The translations under genes were made by a program, and so were the position numbers. Positions 1 to 9,179 of a DNA stretch of 32,000 nt are shown in pieces. Each line of letters opens with the position of its first letter. Within the stretch, counting starts at the first letter, position 1. Below the pieces are notes generated by a model that was not told the DNA's origin, searched no databases, and saw nothing but the letters and a program-made list of their open reading frames with translations. The DNA is from Promethearchaeota archaeon (GTDB lineage: Archaea > Asgardarchaeota > Hermodarchaeia > Hermodarchaeales > Hermodarchaeaceae): NCBI GenBank assembly GCA_048938295.1, contig JBHLMI010000011.1:30001-62000 (forward strand), given 5' to 3'.

Positions 1-181
1 TTTAATTCGAAGACTAAATTTCCATTTTAGCTGATAGCACTTCGTAAGAAACTCAACACCATCAAAGACACCATCCACAAACTCGTCAACCCCTCCTCTA
101 CTCTGAAGTCTTTGCGCCATCATCAATGCGCCATCTGCATGAAAACCGAATAGTATAATGATTTCAATCGGTGGTGGTTGA

Positions 182-772
182 CTAGGGTAGTAGACTTCCG
201 ATGAGCACAAGTACACCTGCAATGATGAAGGCCGCTGCGGCGATATAGGTGATGGTTGTTGAACTTAGGTATTTGCGGGCACGATCACCTACAAAGACGC
301 CAATACCATTCACGAGTGCAAGAGCAAAGAATCCGGCGACGAAGACGAGAAGCAGTTGCCCTGTGGTTGCAGCAATAAGAATTATGATTAATTGAGTTTT
401 GTCACCTAACTCTGCCAAGAACAAGAGAATAAACGCACGCACCCAAACACGTGTTCCATGAGTCTTGGTCTTCTCTTCATCAGGGTCATTGCGTCTTACT
501 CTGTAGATGCTAAAAATGCCAAGAATAATAAACACAAGTCCGGCGATGAGTTGAATCAGCGTAAGCGGTACAAAGAGCCCAATAAGAGAACCCACAAGGA
601 CGCCGAGTGCCGTCACTGTGAATAAGCCGCCTAATACTCCAAGATATACTTGGGCAGGTTTTCCTGTTTCAGCCGCGAGGGCGAAGGTGACAAGTTGTGT
701 CTTATCCGCTAGTTCAGCAAGAAGAACCAATGCAAATACGATAAAAAACAACTGTACTAACACGAGAACCAC
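182..772 (-). CDS. GDT1/TMEM165 (UPF0016) family Ca2+/Mn2+ transporter
   Basis: Two copies of the family motif (ELADKTQ, ELGDKTQ), each in a three-helix hydrophobic repeat. Confidence 0.92.
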   Translation of the reverse strand: MVLVLVQLFFIVFALVLLAELADKTQLVTFALAAETGKPAQVYLGVLGGLFTVTALGVLVGSLIGLFVPLTLIQLIAGLVFIILGIFSIYRVRRNDPDEEKTKTHGTRVWVRAFILLFLAELGDKTQLIIILIAATTGQLLLVFVAGFFALALVNGIGVFVGDRARKYLSSTTITYIAAAAFIIAGVLVLIGSLLP

Positions 773-874
773 AGGTCAAAACTGCTTGGTGAAGATTGGC
801 TGAATAGCATTATAGCATCCTAAAGAGTGTGACGCTGTACTAAAGTTCGAGCTGACATGAGCAATAGCCGAAAA

Positions 875-1291
875 CTAGCGAGCATGAAGATGGACGATAC
901 CATAACCAATTGGAATTAAAATCAAAACTCCCAGAGTGAACGAAATAACTAGATTCGTGTTGAAAATCAAATCTCCAAAGACAGGAAGGTAGTAGAAACT
1001 GTTCCATAGCATAAGCAGGAACCAAAAAATAACAGCAAAAAGGATGCTTCCCCCAAAATTCGCGGCTACCCATTTTCTTCGTTGATTTGTATAATACCAA
1101 ATATCAAAAGCTGGGTTACAACACCAATCCATTCGTTCAACATCTCGAACCCAGGGGTTCATCCCAGCATAGATCATCATAATGACGTACACGAGGAAAA
1201 AGAGCCCCAAGGTCAATCCAATCAAAGCGAGAGCCCCAGCAATTACAAAATCAAGAAGGATTAACGGAAAGAATTGGAGCAACCAATACAC
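875..1291 (-). CDS. Hypothetical membrane protein
   Basis: 138 aa ORF with 3-4 hydrophobic segments, co-oriented with the GDT1 gene. No family recognised and the start is uncertain. Confidence 0.55.
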   Translation of the reverse strand: MYWLLQFFPLILLDFVIAGALALIGLTLGLFFLVYVIMMIYAGMNPWVRDVERMDWCCNPAFDIWYYTNQRRKWVAANFGGSILFAVIFWFLLMLWNSFYYLPVFGDLIFNTNLVISFTLGVLILIPIGYGIVHLHAR

Positions 1292-1328
1292 CTCGCTAAC
1301 AACAGCACTGTATCAGCTAAATAAATTC

Positions 1329-1449
1329 ATGGAGAATATGGTTTTCGAGGATCTTTCCATTCCCCGGGTTTTCAGTTGAAGCAATCGTATTAGGATTACT
1401 TCTAACGCTTAGTCTAGGAGTTCTCGTTCGACGTCACAGAAGGAAGTAG
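1329..1449 (+). pseudogene. Frameshifted remnant or mini-gene ending in a PGF-CTERM-like sorting signal
   Basis: Removing one C from ATTCCCCGGG (1359-1368) gives MENMVFEDLS-IPGF-SVEAIVLGLLLTLSLGVLV-RRHRRK-stop (TAG 1447-1449). A pyrimidine tract and T7 run (1470-1476) follow. Confidence 0.55.
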
Positions 1450-1518
1450 CACCGCTTCCTTCTCTCCTCTTTTTTTGCGAAGAAGCTTTTCCAAGGTGTT
1501 AATCGCCTTTCTTCCCAA

Positions 1519-1576
1519 TTTCGAAGACATACATGCCTGGAATCTTTCAAATGATGTGAAAGAAAGATGTGTTTCA
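1519..1576. repeat. Dispersed intergenic repeat, copy 1
   Basis: 1519-1561 matches 14748-14790 at 39/43 positions (48/58 over the longer span), counted by hand. Confidence 0.85.
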
Positions 1577-1644
1577 CTCCACAGAAGGGAGCGGGATACC
1601 TTAGAGATTCTAGCGATTTCAGCTGTTCAAGATATGTGTGAACT

Positions 1645-3162
1645 TTACTTGTCTTCCCATACACCGGCTGTTTCACAAATCGCTTTTCCTGCTAAAAATC
1701 CCGAAGCTTGACAGGGATAGAATCCGTGACCTGGTTGAGTCCACTGACCCGCGAGCCAAAGATTCGTAATGGGCGATTTTTGGGCAGGCCGCATCGGACC
1801 GATCTGGTCAGGCGTCGCATCATACCCATATGCCGTGCCCCACTCCGTCCAAAGGTACCGCTCATATGTCCGTGGTGTAGCCAGTTCCATGAGTTCTATC
1901 TGCCCAGCAAAATTAAGTCCCAATCTTTGTTGCAGGAAAGCCACAAGTTGATCGGTGGTTTGCTGCTTCATCTGTTTATATTCCGGTGTATTCCGTGTTG
2001 GCCACCGCTCGATGGCATCAAAAAGAGTGATTACAACATTACTTTTTCCGGTAGGGGCAAACCAAGGACTCCCAAGCCGTGAATAGTTGGTAATCAGGAA
2101 ACCGCCGGCTTCGGGACTACCCATATTAATGCTCTTCCGGAGGCTAGCCGCTGAAACCTTCCCTAAATACCAAATCCGTTCATAATCTGGCAGCTGGTCA
2201 CTCACATCTCCCTCTATCCCTAAAAAGAGGGAAGTAAAGCTTATGGTGCCTTTCAATTGGTTTAATTTCTGCCCGTACTCCATAATCCTCGGTACGGGTT
2301 TGCCTTGAAGGTGCTCCCGAAAGAGTGGACCTGCTGATCCATTCCAAACGAAGTAGCGTGCCCGCATCTGTTCTCCACCGGTTAGAACGACATGTGTTGC
2401 TTGGTTATCCTCCACGTGCACCTTTTCAACTGGGGTGTTCAATCGAATCTCAGCACCCGCTTCGGTAAGTCGAGTGGCGTAGGCCTGGGCCAGTGATTGT
2501 GACCCTTCGTGGAGTTGCCAACCGCCCTCCTTCAAGTAAGCCTGAAAGCCTTGGGCGAAGTTGATAATGCTCAGAGTATCGGGACTCTGTCCTAGCCAAT
2601 TCCAAGCGGCGCTTGTGGCCAGTTTCGCGCCCTCATGCCCCTTGAAGAAATGATCGAGCGCTTCTTGGAGCGTCTTCATCCCCCAGTCCATAAGAAATCG
2701 TGGCGTCCCCTTGGCTTGAGCATACCCCATGAGCATCATAATTTCCTGCATGAGTGTTTCGGTGAACTCAAACCATGCCAGAACATTCTTCTTTGCCTTC
2801 GGAAACGCCTCCACCATCGCATTCTGGGCTGCCTCCCAACCCATGGGCATCGTAAAATCTAGGCTCCCTCCACCAGGCACCGATTCCACTTGGACCCGAT
2901 ACCATTCTTTAAGCTGAATAGGCTGAATTAGTGGTAGGATATCAAAAAACTGCAGTATCTGGTTGTCCACTGCTCGCCCATTAATTGCATGTAGCGCCGT
3001 TTCAAAGTTGTACCCCTTCTGACGAAAACTCGACGCACATCCACCAACCTTCCGATGTTGCTCAAACAGCACCACATCCAATCCCCGCTTCGCACAGGTT
3101 AAGGCGGCGGACAATCCACCTAGGCCACTTCCAACCACGATAACATCTCGAACCACACTCAT
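1645..3162 (-). CDS. Phytoene desaturase/CrtI-like FAD-dependent oxidoreductase (COG1233-type)
   Basis: N-terminal GSGLGG Rossmann motif with FEQH..VGG, a TP.TY motif, and C-terminal LWLAGQWTQPGHG. Strong SD (AGGTGA). Confidence 0.85.
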   Translation of the reverse strand: MSVVRDVIVVGSGLGGLSAALTCAKRGLDVVLFEQHRKVGGCASSFRQKGYNFETALHAINGRAVDNQILQFFDILPLIQPIQLKEWYRVQVESVPGGGSLDFTMPMGWEAAQNAMVEAFPKAKKNVLAWFEFTETLMQEIMMLMGYAQAKGTPRFLMDWGMKTLQEALDHFFKGHEGAKLATSAAWNWLGQSPDTLSIINFAQGFQAYLKEGGWQLHEGSQSLAQAYATRLTEAGAEIRLNTPVEKVHVEDNQATHVVLTGGEQMRARYFVWNGSAGPLFREHLQGKPVPRIMEYGQKLNQLKGTISFTSLFLGIEGDVSDQLPDYERIWYLGKVSAASLRKSINMGSPEAGGFLITNYSRLGSPWFAPTGKSNVVITLFDAIERWPTRNTPEYKQMKQQTTDQLVAFLQQRLGLNFAGQIELMELATPRTYERYLWTEWGTAYGYDATPDQIGPMRPAQKSPITNLWLAGQWTQPGHGFYPCQASGFLAGKAICETAGVWEDK

Positions 3163-3289
3163 TCAATCACCTGAATTGCTTCCTGATTTTTTCGCTCATA
3201 GTCACCGAAAGAATTCAAAGGCCATAATAAACGCCTTCCTTTGAAGCGGATTCAATAAGCATTGGATGAACTTAACTTTATTTTATTCC

Positions 3290-3331
3290 TATACTATTTG
3301 TATAAAATTGATTTTATAACAAAATAGTATA
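3290..3331. promoter_or_regulatory. 42-bp imperfect palindrome in a divergent promoter region
   Basis: Outer arms TATACTATTT/AAATAGTATA and inner arms TATAAAAT/ATTTTATA, with two single-base bulges. Confidence 0.5.
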
Positions 3332-3400
3332 AAAAAACGAATCAAAAAATTATGAAGAGCGTGCGTGTATAGCTAGAAGCGAATCATTCTTGGTTTGTTA

Positions 3401-3454
3401 TAGGCAATCCTGATTGATTTCGAAGACGTATGTGCAATTGTCGGCAAATGATGT
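3401..3454. repeat. Dispersed intergenic repeat, diverged copy 3
   Basis: Shares TTTCGAAGAC-RTAYRTGC and CAAATGATG with copies 1 and 2 (spacer 2 nt shorter). Shares TAGGC at the same -17 offset with copy 2. Confidence 0.65.
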
Positions 3455-3620
3455 AACGGGCTGATTTTTTCTTCTGTTAATTGTCGTTTGGATCGGGTTT
3501 GACGACGAACATGAGCTTCCATGTCAAAGTAGTTGCGTCAGTGTTATTATAGGAATAAGTTTATAAAAATAATCTTGGATTTGTATTAGTCTCTGACTAC
3601 ATAAAAAATAGTGAATTCCT

Positions 3621-4871
3621 ATGCTACAACTTGTAATTGATCTTCCACTTCTGTTAGTCGTTAGCCTAGTTGTAGTTCTGACCGTAATCAGTGCGGAAAT
3701 CCAACGGCGCTTAGGCATACCCCAAGTGTTGGGGTTTATTTTAACAGGAATTTTTCTTGGTCCTCTCCTTTTGGGTCTGATAGACGAAAGGCTTCTAGCT
3801 CTATCACCTGTTGTTACGGCGGTGGCGTTGGGGTTCATCGGCTATAACATTGGAAATGAGCTCAAGTTCAGTAAAATTCGACAACAGTCACGGAACCTGA
3901 TACCCATCATCTTAGCCGAAAGTCTTGGGTCAGCGCTCCTCGTATTTTGTCTTGTCTTCTTCTGGCTTCGTGACCCAATACCTGCCATTCTATTAGCCGG
4001 TTTAGCCAGTGCTACTGCTCCTGCAGCAACAGCCGATGTAATCTGGGAATTCAAAAGCCGTGGTCCGGTCACAGATGCAGTTATGTTCACATTAATCATC
4101 GATGATGTTATCGCGATTATCCTTACCAGCATTACGATGAGTATTGTTTTGCTGTTTATTGCCCCAGTAGTGCTGCCACTGCCTTTTCTAATTGCAGCAC
4201 CAGTAATTGAAATCAGCATGTCTTTGGCCTTGGGTGCCGGTGTAGGGTTTCTTCTTGCCTTTGGATTAAGTCGTGTAGAAGATCACGGACGGTATATCCT
4301 TTTGCTAGTTAGTGTGATTCTTCTCGTTATTGGGGTTGCTGAATTTTTCCACTTTAGTTCTCTACTCTCTTGTATGATTTTAGGTATAGTGATTGGTAAC
4401 CGAGTTCCGAAGCAGGCTCAAGAACTGAGTCATGAGGCAGAAAAAATCATCAGTCCCGTAATCCTCTTTTTCTTCGTTCTCTTCGGTGCCGGGATGATCG
4501 ACCCGGTCGTGATAACAATCGGAGGCCTATTCATTGTTACGACGACCATCCTTTACGTAATGGGGCGAGGTTTGGCGAAATATTTCGGAACGCGTTTAGT
4601 CGCCACTCTTGGTGACAACCCTCCATCAGTTAAACGTTACCTCGGATTATGCCTCTTTAGTCAAGCTGGCGTTGCGGTGGGATTGAGCGTGGTGATCGCG
4701 GAGCAGCTAAATCAGCTCGGGTTCCCCAGTTACGCGTTTCTAATTATTGGTGTTATTGGAATCTCAACGCTTATTTTCCAAATCTTTGGACCCCTAGCGC
4801 TAAAATTTGCCATCCATCGCGCTGGTGAAGCCAATAGTAATTCTGATCAAAATCTCATAAATCCGGGTTGA
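3621..4871 (+). CDS. Cation:proton antiporter (Na_H_Exchanger, CPA2-like)
   Basis: About 12 TM segments, with SATAPA and IIDD motifs and C-terminal SQAGVAVGL. TATA-like TTTATAAA at ~3560. Confidence 0.9.
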   Translation: MLQLVIDLPLLLVVSLVVVLTVISAEIQRRLGIPQVLGFILTGIFLGPLLLGLIDERLLALSPVVTAVALGFIGYNIGNELKFSKIRQQSRNLIPIILAESLGSALLVFCLVFFWLRDPIPAILLAGLASATAPAATADVIWEFKSRGPVTDAVMFTLIIDDVIAIILTSITMSIVLLFIAPVVLPLPFLIAAPVIEISMSLALGAGVGFLLAFGLSRVEDHGRYILLLVSVILLVIGVAEFFHFSSLLSCMILGIVIGNRVPKQAQELSHEAEKIISPVILFFFVLFGAGMIDPVVITIGGLFIVTTTILYVMGRGLAKYFGTRLVATLGDNPPSVKRYLGLCLFSQAGVAVGLSVVIAEQLNQLGFPSYAFLIIGVIGISTLIFQIFGPLALKFAIHRAGEANSNSDQNLINPG

Positions 4872-7092
4872 GTTTTCGGAACCGCATTCGCCACAATGCA
4901 TAGGTTGCTATTACGCCTATGACACTGACTATACCGATAATGGGGATGAGAGGTCCAAAGAGTGAGGGGGGATGCACGTAAATGTTGATATGGGTTTCGC
5001 CTACTCCACCATCGTCATCAGTGACTGTAAGACTAACACGATATAATCTTGGGGCGGAGGCGAGGATTCCCATTTCAGGTCCTTCAAAGGTTACTGTGGG
5101 GTAATGACTGGTGCTGGTTTCGGGCGTTGCTCCGTCTCCAAACTCCCAGTAATAGGTGAAGGTATCTGCGGTTCCCGGGTCTGTGACCGTTAATCCGAAT
5201 CCGATGGTATCTCCGGCTGCGATATGCGTGTCGGCCGTCAGCGTTAAGGTGGGCGCTACGTTATGTATCACAAAGGGTTGGGTCTGGACTTCACTATAGC
5301 AGAGTCCATCGGAGGCTTGGACATGAACATCAACCTCTTGGTTGTCTGGATAGGTGTGGGCGATTAGCGTAGTTATCCACCCCGTATCCCAAACGGCGTC
5401 GCCGTCCAGATCCCAGCGGAAGGTGAGGGAGGGGCTGTCATAGTCCATGAAGTGCCACCAGTCGGGGTCAAAGGTGCATTCTTCGCCTTCATCTAACTCA
5501 TTGGGGCCTGAATAATAATAGGGGTTGGTCGGTGGGAAATTCGCTAGGGATTTAACACGCAATGAGGGGTCGCCATAAAGCAGGAATTTTAGGGGTTGGT
5601 GATAGCCGGCTACCTTGAACCAGGCGCCACCGGAGGTAATACTGGTTTCTCCTCGTCCAATCGCCCCCAAATTAGTGCCGTCCATCGTTTTGGGCGTATC
5701 GCAGTAGCGGGTTACCATATCCCGCCACATATCACCTAATAGACAATGATCGGTATAGTTCTGGAAGAAGAACAAATCCAGGTATGAATTCCAGGCTTGA
5801 GCACCGGACACACACGCAAAGTACCCCATGGCACCACGCCATCGTGTCCGCGTCAATAAGTGTTCAGCGAATGAATCTACCGTGTCCGCTTGAAGGCAGG
5901 CGGGTGGGGGAAGGGTGGGGTCACCGGCCACAGGCCATAATTCTCCGTTGTTAATTCCCAAATGGGCTGTTCCGTATACATCCAGATAGGCTTCGTAGGG
6001 CGGTTCCGGACCGATCTTACCTGTCCCACATCCAGCACTGAAGACCACAGGCCACTTTGTGGTGGTGAGTGTTGGAGAGCTAATCGAGGACGTGAAGAAG
6101 CAGTTCGCCCAGGCCTGAGGATTACCATGACCACCAAAATTCACAAATCCCACGCCTGTATTTAGGCGGGCAATAATATTGGCTTCAGTTGGTGCACCAT
6201 CAGTCAATGAGGCCGCTAATCCATTGATGCTAGCGTTGTAGAGCCGAATTGGATTGAAACCTTCATCTTTGGTCAGGGCAGTGGCGTTAATGGCTTCTTT
6301 CGTCGTCAGGTAAGTTTCATCCAAATCATCATCGGGTGAGTTAGGAACAATAAAAAGCACATTGTTAAACCAGCTCCCCAAGTTAAACCCCTCATATTGG
6401 AGGATTTTTTCAACGTAATTTCGCACCTCTAGGGTGGTGGATGCTGGAACACGACCAATTGCTAAATCGGGGATCAAGTCGAGTCCTTCAAAATTAATGG
6501 GATCCGAAGTAAAATATTCGCCATGGAACTCACCATAGATATGGTTAGCATTAGGGTCCCAATCATAGTAAGTGCCAGCAGGGCCAATTAGATCGGCGTA
6601 GTATAAGTCACAGGGAAAATAACACCCATACCCGTCCACATCATTGGAATCATTCTGTAGGCGATCTGTACATTGATACCGCACGGGAAACATCTCACAA
6701 TCACCAACTAACATCACATAATCAGCTCGTCCTGTCTGGTGACGGAGCTGTATACCCTTGCGAATTCGGGCTGCCTCATCCCACCCATAAAACGAGTTGT
6801 TGAAGTATTGCCAACTGGTTAGCTCAACGTCAAATCCAGTACGGGCTTTCCACTCGGCTAACGGCTCTAATTCAGCCAAAAAATCCTCATGGGCAATAAT
6901 AAGCAACGAGGGCAAACCATTAACAAAAGCCACCGCTGGTTCTTCCCTTTCGCAGGTATCAGTCAATACTAACTGCCCATATCCATCGCTTCCAACTATT
7001 ACACATGCTGTTTCCGAGTTACCCGCGGAAAACAAAAGTAGTCCAAGAAGACTCAACAATAACACTGATACTATGCCGGATCGATTCCACAC
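4855..7092 (-). CDS. Secreted C25 (gingipain) family cysteine peptidase with PKD-like domains and C-terminal TM anchor
   Basis: His motif VNFGGHG and Cys motif FSAGC, plus DLAIGRVP and LLYGDPSLR. PKD-like segments (FRWDLDGD, YYWEFGDG) and a C-terminal hydrophobic helix with basic tail. Likely start is GTG 7092 (SD GGGGAG, signal-peptide-like); the ORF is open to 7176. Confidence 0.88.
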   Translation of the reverse strand: MWNRSGIVSVLLLSLLGLLLFSAGNSETACVIVGSDGYGQLVLTDTCEREEPAVAFVNGLPSLLIIAHEDFLAELEPLAEWKARTGFDVELTSWQYFNNSFYGWDEAARIRKGIQLRHQTGRADYVMLVGDCEMFPVRYQCTDRLQNDSNDVDGYGCYFPCDLYYADLIGPAGTYYDWDPNANHIYGEFHGEYFTSDPINFEGLDLIPDLAIGRVPASTTLEVRNYVEKILQYEGFNLGSWFNNVLFIVPNSPDDDLDETYLTTKEAINATALTKDEGFNPIRLYNASINGLAASLTDGAPTEANIIARLNTGVGFVNFGGHGNPQAWANCFFTSSISSPTLTTTKWPVVFSAGCGTGKIGPEPPYEAYLDVYGTAHLGINNGELWPVAGDPTLPPPACLQADTVDSFAEHLLTRTRWRGAMGYFACVSGAQAWNSYLDLFFFQNYTDHCLLGDMWRDMVTRYCDTPKTMDGTNLGAIGRGETSITSGGAWFKVAGYHQPLKFLLYGDPSLRVKSLANFPPTNPYYYSGPNELDEGEECTFDPDWWHFMDYDSPSLTFRWDLDGDAVWDTGWITTLIAHTYPDNQEVDVHVQASDGLCYSEVQTQPFVIHNVAPTLTLTADTHIAAGDTIGFGLTVTDPGTADTFTYYWEFGDGATPETSTSHYPTVTFEGPEMGILASAPRLYRVSLTVTDDDGGVGETHINIYVHPPSLFGPLIPIIGIVSVIGVIATYALWRMRFRKLNPDL

Positions 7093-7172
7093 CGTTAATA
7101 CTCCCCTATAACGGGTATCGATAGGCTTTACTGCTATTCCCAAAATAAATCTCTTGTCATAAAGGGCGTGTA

Positions 7173-8021
7173 TCAAGTCGAAGATTTACAGTATTTTTTG
7201 AATAGAGAACTGGCCTCAGCTAAGGTCATAGGGAGTGGCTCGTGACCCATTTGAGGAATAAGTTTCGTGGCATTGTGAAATAGTTGGGTAACTATCGGAG
7301 GGGCTAAGTGTGCATTATCCAGCATTTTCGCATTGGAGAAGATTTCTGCGACAGATCCCGCCCCGATGAATTTGCCTTCATAAAGAACGTAAGCGCGGTC
7401 TGCAATTAATGGGACGATATTGACATCATGTGTAGCGGTGATGATGGTGAGATTGCCTTCTGAATAAAGCTTAGATAAGAACTTGGCAAATTCATTTCGC
7501 GTACGTGGGTCCATATGGGCGGTGGGCTCGTCAAAGACTAGAATTTGGGGGCGCATGGCAAGCACTGATGCGATAGCTGCTCGTTTCTTTTCTCCAACGC
7601 TTAGATGATGCGGAGGCTTTTCCTTTAAATGGCTTAAATCCACCACATTCAATGCTTCGTCGACACGCTGGTTCACCTCTTCGTCTGTAAGCCCCATATT
7701 GAGTGGCCCAAAGGCAATGTCTTCCCAAAGTGTTGGCATGAACAGCTGGTTATCCGGTTCCTGAAAAACTAACCCAATGGCTACCCGAAATTCATGGACA
7801 TTTTTCGCCGTGAGCTCCCTATTGAGAATTTTAATAGTTCCCTTGGTCGCTTCAAGGATTCCACACATTATTGAAAGTAGGGTGGATTTTCCCGCTCCAT
7901 TTGCACCAAGAATTACAGCGCGTTCGTGTAAACCCACTTCAAAATCGATATCTTGTAGGGCAATGTGCCCATCTGGATACCGATATTGCACATTCTTCAT
8001 ATTTACAGCACAATGAACCAT
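7173..8021 (-). CDS. nikO: ECF transporter ATPase NikO/CbiO
   Basis: Walker A GANGAGKST, VFQEPDNQLF, LSVGEKKR, Walker B VFDEPT, and H-loop. Confidence 0.9.
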   Translation of the reverse strand: MVHCAVNMKNVQYRYPDGHIALQDIDFEVGLHERAVILGANGAGKSTLLSIMCGILEATKGTIKILNRELTAKNVHEFRVAIGLVFQEPDNQLFMPTLWEDIAFGPLNMGLTDEEVNQRVDEALNVVDLSHLKEKPPHHLSVGEKKRAAIASVLAMRPQILVFDEPTAHMDPRTRNEFAKFLSKLYSEGNLTIITATHDVNIVPLIADRAYVLYEGKFIGAGSVAEIFSNAKMLDNAHLAPPIVTQLFHNATKLIPQMGHEPLPMTLAEASSLFKKYCKSST

Positions 8022-8023
8022 TT

Positions 8024-8857
8024 CTAAAACCAACCTCCAAACAAGGTAACCGGGAACAGAAGGGGTGCGAAGAAGACAAGAGCGGTGATGCCCAACAGGC
8101 CGATGACAAATCCGTAATCCTTCAGCCCCATTTTCAGATGGGTTAATAGGTGGAACTGTCCCGTAAAGCCTCGGGCGATCATTGTTTGATAGACTCTTTC
8201 TCCCCGTTCATAAGCCCGGATAAAGAGTGTTCCAATCATACTTGATATGGTGCGCCATGTTCGCAATCGGAAAACCCGTTCCTTCTTCACCATTCGGGCT
8301 TCTCGGGCTAGCCCCATGCGATAGGCTTCATCCGTAAAAAGGAAAATGTAACGATACGTGAGGGCTGTTAGTGAAACGAAAAGGCTAGGCAATCGGAGCC
8401 GTTGCATTCCGTGTAGTAAAACTGGAAACCGGGTTGAAAGAGTCAGTAAGCTCAAAGCCGCGACACAGACCCATATGCGCATCCCAAAAATCGCGGCTCG
8501 AAGAAGTCCTTCAACAGTTATCCCTATTAGCCAGGTTCCAAGTGGAATGACAAATATGAGCGTTCCCGGGGTAATGAATGGCAAAGGAATGATAATAATC
8601 ACTGAAAAGATTATCACCATTGATTGACGACTAAAAAACGCTCGCAAGGGGATTCGGGAAGCAACGGCTAGCCCTGTCAAGAACAATAATAGAATCGCAA
8701 ATTGTAGGAGATTTTGCATCAGAACTGTGAAGATGATAACACAAGTTAGTCCAATAAGCTTGACGCGAGGATCAATGCGTTGAAGTAGTCCATTTCGACT
8801 CGCATACTTCTCAATGGCGAGGCTCTCACCCAGCACCTTCAATAATTCTTTAAACAT
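8024..8857 (-). CDS. nikQ: ECF transporter T component NikQ/CbiQ
   Basis: IDPRVKL, TYRYIFLF..EA.RM..AR and LFIRAYERGERVYQTMIARGF motifs. Likely start is ATG 8857. Confidence 0.9.
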   Translation of the reverse strand: MFKELLKVLGESLAIEKYASRNGLLQRIDPRVKLIGLTCVIIFTVLMQNLLQFAILLLFLTGLAVASRIPLRAFFSRQSMVIIFSVIIIIPLPFITPGTLIFVIPLGTWLIGITVEGLLRAAIFGMRIWVCVAALSLLTLSTRFPVLLHGMQRLRLPSLFVSLTALTYRYIFLFTDEAYRMGLAREARMVKKERVFRLRTWRTISSMIGTLFIRAYERGERVYQTMIARGFTGQFHLLTHLKMGLKDYGFVIGLLGITALVFFAPLLFPVTLFGGWF

Positions 8858-8886
8858 ACCCGTTCGATTCCTTCTTGCCACGAATG

Positions 8887-9177
8887 TTATTCTTTTCGTC
8901 GTAACCTGACTAGTAACCACATGAGCCCAAAGGTTATCCCAAGGATGAGCACAACAAAAACCATACCTAACAGGAAATTGGAGAGTAGTACGCCTTCAAG
9001 TCCAGGAATCTCATAATCGGGGAAAAGGGGAATCCATAATTCCCATTCTGGGGCTCCAAACAAGTTGGCAATGACATCAAGGGTTTCGTTTGCAAAACCC
9101 AACCAGATAACTCCAATCGCCACGAATATGATGGCGATGAGAACACCACCCAGCATGAGCTTATATTTTTGGTCCAT
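8887..9177 (-). CDS. nikN: NikN/PDGLE-type auxiliary membrane component
   Basis: Two TM helices flanking a PLFPDYEIPGLEG loop, located between the M and Q genes. SD GGAGGTG precedes ATG 9177. Confidence 0.8.
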   Translation of the reverse strand: MDQKYKLMLGGVLIAIIFVAIGVIWLGFANETLDVIANLFGAPEWELWIPLFPDYEIPGLEGVLLSNFLLGMVFVVLILGITFGLMWLLVRLRRKE

Positions 9178-9179
9178 GG

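Noticed and set aside
1-123. Possible minus-strand CDS running off the left edge (MMAQRLQSRGGVDEFVDG...)
   Set aside because: Only about 40 codons are visible, with no SD and no recognisable motif, so it cannot be supported.
1434-1711. ORFs 1434..1676 (-) and 1475..1711 (+)
   Set aside because: They have no protein-like motifs, span the non-coding repeat, and overlap the end of the CrtI-like gene.
3401-3470. C/D-box sRNA interpretation of the dispersed repeat (ATGATG and CTGA)
   Set aside because: CTGA boxes flank only copy 3, with non-canonical spacing. Copies 1 and 2 lack a D box.
4855-7176. Higher GC in the C25 gene as evidence of horizontal transfer
   Set aside because: Only an impression from spot counts. 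No mobility genes or boundary repeats are present, and it needs a sliding-window or codon-usage computation.
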